From Myxococcales bacterium (GTDB lineage Bacteria; Myxococcota_A; Polyangia; Fen-1088): a stretch of 64,000 bases of DNA. Shown here in pieces: positions 58,043 to 64,000 of this stretch (position 1 is the stretch's first letter; each line of letters opens with the position of its first letter). A model generated the notes under the pieces. The model made no database searches. It was not told where the DNA came from and saw only the letters and a program-made list of their open reading frames with translations. The stretch is taken from the NCBI GenBank assembly GCA_022184915.1, contig JAGTJU010000001.1:868057-932056 (forward strand), written 5' to 3'. The position numbers and the translations under genes are program-made.

Positions 58043-59656
58043 TCAGCGTGGGCGCACGCGCATCATCACGTAGGCGTCGAACCGGGCCTGCTTGTAGGTG
58101 TGGCTCTTCTCGGGGGCGTAGAGCTTGAAGGGCCTTTGCCCGCGCGCGCTGAAGCGCGTGCCCGAGCGACCGTAGAACGTCACCGGCAGACCTCGCCGCA
58201 CCAGCGGGGCGAAGTTTCCGTCGACTTTGTCGGCCACCGCGGATGCGGCTGTCGTCTCCGCGGTCTTCGTGGCGAAGTTCACCAGGCCCGCAACGCCCCC
58301 CGAGAGAAATGAGTTGGTCGCTCGTTCGGCCACGCCGATCCCGAGCCGCGTCTGCGCCTCGGCAAGCAGCGCGTCCTCCGCGCCGAGTGCCCCGGGGGCA
58401 AGCTTGGCCCGCATCATCGCCAGCACATCGCGAGAATGAGCCAGCTGGGAGATCGCATAGACGTCGCTGCCGGCGTCGGCCCAGCCCATGGCTTCGGCCA
58501 ATCCCCAGGCCGCCTCGGCACGGCCTGCCAGCGTGAAGACCCACGTGTCGCGTCCCCCGCCCGCGACGATGCCGGGCGCGCAGCTCACACCAAACTTCCC
58601 CCGACGGTTCACATCGGCGTACGTCACGAGCGTGTTCACCGGCCCGGGGCGCAAGCCGCCTTCGGGCAGGTACTTGACGACCGCGTAGCGCTCTTCCCCA
58701 TGAGGCACGGCGCCCACGAAGACGTAAAGCTTCGACCCGCTCACCAGGTAGTCCCAGCCGATCACATCTTCCACCGTGAGCCCCGACGGCACGTCGATCT
58801 CGACCCAGGTGTTTCGTACGGCGGTTCGCAAGATGGCGTTCGCCTCGCGCTGAAAAATGGCGGGAATGTCCGCAGGCGATCCCACGAAGTGATAGGTGCC
58901 GCCGCCCGCGTCGGCCATGCCCTGCATGAGGAGTTCGTCGTGGGCAGGGCCAAACCCAATGGTGGTGGTGCCCACGCCATGCTCGGCCGCCCGCGCAGCG
59001 ATGCGGAACAAGGCCTCGGGTGCTGCAAGGCCCTTCGTGGGCTGGCCGTCCGAGAACAACACCAGCTGGTTGACTTGCCACGCCGAAAACGCAGAGAACG
59101 TCTCCGAGAGGCCCGCCAAATATCCTCCTGAAAGCCAAGTGCCCCCGCCGTTGGCCAGGGCGCGGATCCGGGTGATGGCTTCGGTCCTCGTGGAGGCGTC
59201 GATCGTCAAAGGAGGCAACGCCTCGAATACGCCGTCGGAGAACACGACCAGCGAAACTTTGTCACCCTCGCGGAACGCCGCGACGAAGGCCTCGGCCGCC
59301 TGCAACATGGCGGCGAAGGGCCGGCCGCGCATCGAGCCCGAGCGGTCGAGCACGAGGCCCACGTTGAGCGGTGCCACCTCCCCGTTCATCGTCCTGCCGC
59401 GCACGCTGAGGGCGGTGTAGAGGCGCCCATTCGGCAACAGAGGGGCCACGCCGCAGGACACCTCCACCGACGCCTTCGTGGGATCCTCCGGCGCCACCGT
59501 GGGCCATTCCGGCGGGGGCGCGTTTGCGAATACCTCCGGCTCCGTCAACAGCTCGAGAGCAGGTGTGCGGGGTAAAGGGGTTGCGGAAGCGCACGCGCCC
59601 ATCAATCCCAGCACGGCCCACGCCAACCCAAACCGAAATCCCTCCCCGTGATTCAT
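58043..59656 (-). CDS. von Willebrand factor type A (VWA) domain lipoprotein
   Basis: Lipobox LGLMGAC. VWA MIDAS motif (LVLDRSGSM) and LVLFSDGQPT. Confidence 0.7.
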   Translation of the reverse strand: MNHGEGFRFGLAWAVLGLMGACASATPLPRTPALELLTEPEVFANAPPPEWPTVAPEDPTKASVEVSCGVAPLLPNGRLYTALSVRGRTMNGEVAPLNVGLVLDRSGSMRGRPFAAMLQAAEAFVAAFREGDKVSLVVFSDGVFEALPPLTIDASTRTEAITRIRALANGGGTWLSGGYLAGLSETFSAFSAWQVNQLVLFSDGQPTKGLAAPEALFRIAARAAEHGVGTTTIGFGPAHDELLMQGMADAGGGTYHFVGSPADIPAIFQREANAILRTAVRNTWVEIDVPSGLTVEDVIGWDYLVSGSKLYVFVGAVPHGEERYAVVKYLPEGGLRPGPVNTLVTYADVNRRGKFGVSCAPGIVAGGGRDTWVFTLAGRAEAAWGLAEAMGWADAGSDVYAISQLAHSRDVLAMMRAKLAPGALGAEDALLAEAQTRLGIGVAERATNSFLSGGVAGLVNFATKTAETTAASAVADKVDGNFAPLVRRGLPVTFYGRSGTRFSARGQRPFKLYAPEKSHTYKQARFDAYVMMRVRPR

Positions 59657-59837
59657 GGCGCTCGATTGTAACGCAACCCAGGCCGGTTGGCGCCGCCTCG
59701 AGATAAGTGTCGATGCACACAGGGGGGCACACTCGGCGCTCCTTGCGGGGCGAGACTCGGTGAGGGTGGTATGAAACTTGTACGTAGGGGAGGCATGACG
59801 GACGCCGGCACGCGCCGTTCAAAGCCAGCGAGGGCAC

Positions 59838-60488
59838 ATGGAAGAGCCAGAGCACAAGCGTTTCGTCACCGTCCTGCGAACTAACGATCCGCTGCGCGGG
59901 CGCTTCCTTGCCGCCGCCCTCAAGCAGGCAGGCCTTCCCGTTCAGCACCCGGGGCTCGAACATGCGTCCATGCTTCCGGGGTTCCGCATCCTCGACATCG
60001 ACCTGCGGGTGCCTCTCGAGCGGGCCGAAGAGGCGCGCCAGCTCATCGAGGCGCTAGAGCCTCCTGTCGACGTGGTCGACCCCATGCCCGCCCTGGACGC
60101 GCGCAGCGGGTTGCCTTACCGCCAGGCCCCCCAGCGGGTCGCCTTCAGGGTGCCCACCGATCGCTCGAGCCTGCTGTGTGGCGCAGGGCTGACGCTGGCG
60201 ATGGCCGTGGTGATGATGTTGAGGCCGCTTGGCTTGGTGCCCGTCTCGCTCATCATGTTGGGCTTCCCGATCATCGGCTACGTGATGGGAGGCTCCTTCC
60301 TGGCGCTCACCTGCTCGGGGCCTCGCTGTGGCGGGCGCTTGCTTCGCGCGGCCGAACAGTGTCCCCACTGCGGGGCACGTATCGTGGGCGACATTCGCCG
60401 CCACACCCATCACGCCACGGCGCTCGAGGCTCATCTGAGTCGTGACGCCCAAGACGACGCGCGCCAGCTCGAGACGAACCAACGCTGA
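59838..60488 (+). CDS. Hypothetical membrane protein with DUF2007-like N-terminal domain and C-terminal zinc ribbon
   Basis: N-terminus resembles the putative signal-transducing DUF2007 fold. Two TM segments. C-x4-C...C-x2-C. Confidence 0.4.
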   Translation: MEEPEHKRFVTVLRTNDPLRGRFLAAALKQAGLPVQHPGLEHASMLPGFRILDIDLRVPLERAEEARQLIEALEPPVDVVDPMPALDARSGLPYRQAPQRVAFRVPTDRSSLLCGAGLTLAMAVVMMLRPLGLVPVSLIMLGFPIIGYVMGGSFLALTCSGPRCGGRLLRAAEQCPHCGARIVGDIRRHTHHATALEAHLSRDAQDDARQLETNQR

Positions 60489-60512
60489 CCTCGCAATGTC
60501 TCTTCGTGCGCC

Positions 60513-61286
60513 TCACGGGCGCAGAGGGTGCAGGGCGGCTCGCTGACGCCTGCGTTCTTTGACGCTGCGGCGGTTCTCGAACAGCTTCACCATCAGCACC
60601 CCCGCGGCGAACCCGCCGATGTGCGCCCACACCGCCACGCCCCCCGAGATCTCGGACTTCATGCTGTTGAGCTGGGGCAGTCCCGCAAGCAGCTGAAAGC
60701 CGATCCACCAAAGCAACACCAGATAGGCGGGAAGGGGAATGATGCGAATGAAGATAAAGAAGATGAAGAGGATGTTGACCCGGACGCGGGGGTAAAGCAC
60801 GAGGTAGGCGCCCAGCACGCCCGCGATCGCCCCCGAGGCGCCCACCATGGGAACGGGGGAGGCCGGATTGACGGCGATCTGCGCCGCCGCTGCCGCAAGC
60901 CCGCACAGCAGGTAAAACGCCACGAAGCGCAAGCGCCCCATGCTGTCTTCGACGTTGTTGCCAAAGACCCAAAGGAAAAGACCGTTTCCCAGCAAGTGCA
61001 TCCAGCTGCCGTGCAGGAACATCGACGTCACGGGCGTCAGCACGTTGATGGGCTCGCGATCCACGACGCAGGCCATGCCCTCGGCAATGGGAACGCCGAA
61101 CCCCACCTCGGCCGCCCGGGTCAGCTCGCCCGGCACGAGGCCGAGGTTGCAGACCGATGCCGCCAGGGCATTGGCATCAAGTCCAGCCCCTTGCACGAAC
61201 ACCCACACCAGGGCCAGCATCGCCAGCAACGCCCAGGTCACCACCGGCGTGCGAAGCGTCGGGTTGTCGTCGCTGATCGGAATCAT
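60513..61286 (-). CDS. Rhomboid-family intramembrane serine protease
   Basis: GASGAIAGVLGAY (GxSG) and HLLGN/HIGG His motifs. 6-7 TM. Confidence 0.8.
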   Translation of the reverse strand: MIPISDDNPTLRTPVVTWALLAMLALVWVFVQGAGLDANALAASVCNLGLVPGELTRAAEVGFGVPIAEGMACVVDREPINVLTPVTSMFLHGSWMHLLGNGLFLWVFGNNVEDSMGRLRFVAFYLLCGLAAAAAQIAVNPASPVPMVGASGAIAGVLGAYLVLYPRVRVNILFIFFIFIRIIPLPAYLVLLWWIGFQLLAGLPQLNSMKSEISGGVAVWAHIGGFAAGVLMVKLFENRRSVKERRRQRAALHPLRP

Positions 61287-61418
61287 GATACGAAAGCATG
61301 AGGCCCCGTGAGTGTCTGAGCAACGGCGCGCCCTGTAGCCCGCCGGGGTGCTGCCCTCGTTCGCGGGCTCTCGAAGGAGGCTCGTTTCGTCAGGCTCCGT
61401 CGACTACACTCTGGCGCC

Positions 61419-61910
61419 GTGAGCCGCATCGACGAACTCATTGCCTTGTTGAAGCTCGCGCCGCATCCCGAGCGGGGATACTTCGCAGAAACCCATCGGA
61501 CGCCCGTGCAGGTCCAGTCTCCCACGCACCCGGGGCCACGGGCTGCCAGCACCGCCATCTATTTCCTGCTCGGCGAGGACCAGGGGGCCACGTACCTTCA
61601 CCGCTTGCGCTCGGACGAGGTCTTCCACCTCTACGAAGGAGGTCCGCTCGACGTGCTCATGCTGGGGCCGGACGACGACGGGCAGGTGCGGCGCCTCGGC
61701 CGCGACCTCCGAGCCGGTGAGCGTCCCCAGCTCGTCATCCCCGCCGGCACCTGGTTCGGCACCGCGCTGCCCCCGGGCGTGTCCCACTGCCTCTTCGGAT
61801 GCACGGTGGCTCCCGGCTTCGCGTTCGAGGACTTCGAGCTGGCCACGGGCCCAGACTTGGCGGCTCGCTACCCCCGGTATCGCGAGCTCATCACCCGCAT
61901 GAGCCGGTGA
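61419..61910 (+). CDS. Cupin-superfamily protein (DUF985-like)
   Basis: GTG start. ERGYFAET...IYFLL...FHLYEGGPL pattern typical of DUF985 cupins. Confidence 0.6.
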   Translation: MSRIDELIALLKLAPHPERGYFAETHRTPVQVQSPTHPGPRAASTAIYFLLGEDQGATYLHRLRSDEVFHLYEGGPLDVLMLGPDDDGQVRRLGRDLRAGERPQLVIPAGTWFGTALPPGVSHCLFGCTVAPGFAFEDFELATGPDLAARYPRYRELITRMSR

Positions 61911-61961
61911 GACGACGGCCGGCCGAGGACGAGAAAACGCCATGCGTCACGCGTAAGTGGA

Positions 61962-62813
61962 TTGCAGACCTGCTCAGGTCGTGGAATGGTCTTGACGCCT
62001 GACATGTCGAGCCCTTCCGATGAATTGACCCAAACCATTCGAGACGTCGCCCTTCAGATCAATGCCGCGCAGGAGCGCGCTGAAGATCGCGAGGTCGTCA
62101 CCGCCGCTCACATGGCGGTGGAAAAACTGTCGCAGCAGTTCAAGTCGTTCTACGACGCGCTCAGCGACGGTGAAAAGATGAAAGTGGATCGTACGCTCGG
62201 CCGGCGGGTTCAGGACATTCGGCGCTCCGCTTCGCTTCTGCCTCGCATCGGCGTCATTGCCGGCAGCACTCCCGATCGCGATCCCCACAAGGTGTCGAAG
62301 GTCGGTGAGCGGCACATCACGGGCGTGTCCTGGGGCGCCGGTCAAGGGGCGGGCGCGGGACGTCGCGGATTCCGGGTGGGGGGCGAGGTGGAAGCCTGGT
62401 GTGGCCCCTGCGGCGGGCTTACCGACCACACCATCGTGGCGATGGTGGGCGAAGATCCGAAGCAGGTGATCTGCCAGGCCTGCAACGGCCGCCATGGCTA
62501 CCGCACCACACCCGCGCGCAAGACTCCTTCTGCCGAGGTCTCCTCGGGCGGATACGATGACGACGTTGCCGTGGTCACGGCTCCCATCAAAGCAAGTCCC
62601 CAGAAAACCAAAGAAGGCAGTCTGCTGTTGGCACAGGTGGCGGAGGCCGTCGAGAACGGCACCGTGCGCGACTTCGACCCGAAGGAGCGGTACAAAACAG
62701 GTGAGATCATCTACCACCCAGAGTTCGGCCGAGGCCGCATCGAAACGGTGTTGCGGGCGAGCTTGCTGGTGAAGTTCGTCCAGGGCGGGCTCAAGGCCGT
62801 TTCTCTGCGCTGA
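61962..62813 (+). CDS. Hypothetical protein with CxxC...CxxC zinc-ribbon-like motif
   Basis: No recognisable family. The start may be the internal MSSPSDELTQ. Confidence 0.35.
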   Translation: MQTCSGRGMVLTPDMSSPSDELTQTIRDVALQINAAQERAEDREVVTAAHMAVEKLSQQFKSFYDALSDGEKMKVDRTLGRRVQDIRRSASLLPRIGVIAGSTPDRDPHKVSKVGERHITGVSWGAGQGAGAGRRGFRVGGEVEAWCGPCGGLTDHTIVAMVGEDPKQVICQACNGRHGYRTTPARKTPSAEVSSGGYDDDVAVVTAPIKASPQKTKEGSLLLAQVAEAVENGTVRDFDPKERYKTGEIIYHPEFGRGRIETVLRASLLVKFVQGGLKAVSLR

Positions 62814-62843
62814 ACGCCATCGCGGCCATGGTACCTTGTTTCC

Positions 62844-63458
62844 ATGGCGGAACGGGCACCGGGGCGGGACAGAGAGCGGCTGAACGCCCTGCTCGACGAA
62901 CGGAACGAGCACCCCGAACGCCTGGCCGACATCGATCGGCGTATCCGACAGGCCTTCGCAGAGACCCACGCGATCCTGGTTCTGGACATGTCTGGGTTCT
63001 CGCGCTTGGTGGCCCGCCACGGTACCACGCACTACCTGGCCATGATCCGCAGAATGCAGCTGACGGCGGGGCCCGTCGTCAGCGACCACCGGGGGCGGGT
63101 GGTGAAGGCCGAAGCCGACAACCTGTTCTGCGTGTTTCCCGCCGTGGCGGCGGCTGTCGATGCGGCTTGGGCGCTCGAAGCGGCGTTCGCCGAGGCGAAT
63201 CGCTTCCTACCCGAGGACTGGGATGTTTTGGTGGGCGTGGGCATCGGCTTCGGCGAGGTGCTGATGTTGGACCACTGTGATCTCTTTGGTCACGAGATGA
63301 ACCTGGCCTCGAAGCTGGGCGAGGATGTCGCGGCACCGGGCGATGTGCTGCTCACGGAGGCCGCTTTCGCCCGTTTGGCGCCCGCACCTGTGGCTCACAG
63401 CGATGAGGCACGCTTCGGCGACCTGCGTCTGCCGTTTTGGCGCCTCGCACGGCCGTGA
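62844..63458 (+). CDS. Class III adenylate/guanylate cyclase catalytic-domain protein (stand-alone, 204 aa)
   Basis: ILVLDMSGFSRL (metal-binding Asp region). FGHEMNLASKLGEDVAAPGDVLLTEAAF matches the CHD C-terminal motif. Confidence 0.6.
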   Translation: MAERAPGRDRERLNALLDERNEHPERLADIDRRIRQAFAETHAILVLDMSGFSRLVARHGTTHYLAMIRRMQLTAGPVVSDHRGRVVKAEADNLFCVFPAVAAAVDAAWALEAAFAEANRFLPEDWDVLVGVGIGFGEVLMLDHCDLFGHEMNLASKLGEDVAAPGDVLLTEAAFARLAPAPVAHSDEARFGDLRLPFWRLARP

Positions 63459-63582
63459 CCACCTCGTGGGCCGGCCCCCGGCAGGCACGCGTCGATCCCC
63501 CACTGTTTAGGGTGGTTCAGGCCTTTTGCGGCCCCGCTGCGGCCCCCACGGGCGGGGGAATCGGTTAGTCTTCGCCGCGCCC

Positions 63583-64000
63583 GTGAACGAACGAACGCCC
63601 TTCACCTTCAAAAAACACCTGCCCGGCCTCGGAGGCCTGGCCGTGCTGCTTTTGGCCGTGGTGGAGACGGTCAACGCCGTCAGTGCCCCGGCACGTGCGC
63701 CCTCTGAAGCCGATTGGCAAGCTGCCAGCCAGACCATCCGGTCGGCGTTTCGGCCGGGCGACCTGATCGTGGCGGCACCGGCCTGGGCCGACCCGGTGAT
63801 GCGTCTGCACCTGGGTGATCTCGTCTCGGTGGACATGGCCACGCGCCTCGATGCGGCCGCCTACGGCCGCGTCTGGGAGGTGACCCAAAGAGGCGCAAGG
63901 GCGCCGGAAGCCACGGGGCGGGTGGTCTTCGAGTCGCGCCACGGAAACCTCACCGTGCGTCGCCTCGAGCGGACCCCGGCCGAGGTGAAGTTCGACTTCG
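63583..64000 (+). CDS. Hypothetical protein, 3'-truncated by window end
   Basis: The frame from a GTG is open to the edge. Signal/TM-like LAVLLLAVVETVNAVSAP. Not in the ORF track because it has no stop. Confidence 0.35.
   Translation, partial: MNERTPFTFKKHLPGLGGLAVLLLAVVETVNAVSAPARAPSEADWQAASQTIRSAFRPGDLIVAAPAWADPVMRLHLGDLVSVDMATRLDAAAYGRVWEVTQRGARAPEATGRVVFESRHGNLTVRRLERTPAEVKFDF

Noticed and set aside
63459-63582. GC-rich imperfect hairpins after the cyclase gene
   Set aside because: Stems are imperfect and no T-tract is present. A terminator cannot be called by eye.

Overview
The window is very GC-rich (about 70% by eye) and carries Myxococcota hallmarks: Cys-rich CGNG..GEECDDGN repeats, a MYXO-CTERM-like tail, many lipobox lipoproteins and a sigma-54 activator. 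It is densely coding on both strands, with about 50 genes in four blocks.

- **Block 1, about 0.07–17.5 kb:** a surface-polysaccharide / envelope-modification cluster.
  - Sugar-precursor enzymes: SDR oxidoreductase, class-III (HemL-like) aminotransferase, split transketolase N and C subunits, KdsB/NeuA/SpsF-type cytidylyltransferase.
  - Transferases: a possible KpsS/KpsC-like transferase, two GT4 glycosyltransferases, a GT32-like DXD transferase, a sulfatase-like membrane hydrolase/transferase.
  - Export / membrane: a flippase-like membrane protein, an MMPL/RND exporter.
  - A GTCACAA/TTGTGAC motif recurs in its promoters.
- **Block 2, 18–24 kb:** YaeQ, a TonB-dependent receptor and lipoproteins.
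- **Block 3, 24–44.6 kb:** an accessory region of secreted, Cys-rich proteins.
  - Two roughly 510-aa paralogous Cys-repeat lipoproteins, a 957-aa Cys-repeat protein, and a 1317-aa lipoprotein with a planctomycete-cytochrome-like (PSCyt1-like) domain and three CxxCH motifs.
  - An M10 metzincin with a MYXO-CTERM tail, a triple-Kazal inhibitor lipoprotein and an enlarged PstS-like binding protein.
  - A tightly coupled three-gene operon: PSCyt1-like lipoprotein, secreted beta-rich CxxCH protein, PSCyt1-like lipoprotein.
- **Block 4, 44.7–52.7 kb:** the most interesting locus, an orphan T6SS-type effector cassette.
  - Two TIGR02270-like proteins, a small VgrG-tail-like protein, a DUF2169 adaptor, a KAS-like protein lacking the catalytic-Cys motif, and a PAAR-like DUF4150 gene broken by a G6 homopolymer frameshift.
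  - A separate AHH (HNH/EndoVII) nuclease toxin with an overlapping immunity gene.
  - No VgrG, Hcp or T6SS core genes are in the window.
  - The architecture resembles what I recall of the P. aeruginosa vgrG1b–tse7 island, but with a different PAAR family and toxin.
- **Remainder:** housekeeping genes (IDH-family dehydrogenase, MutS2, rhomboid, cupin), a VWA lipoprotein, a GT39-like membrane protein, a minimal class-III cyclase and several hypotheticals.

No rRNA, tRNA, CRISPR or transposase was recognised.
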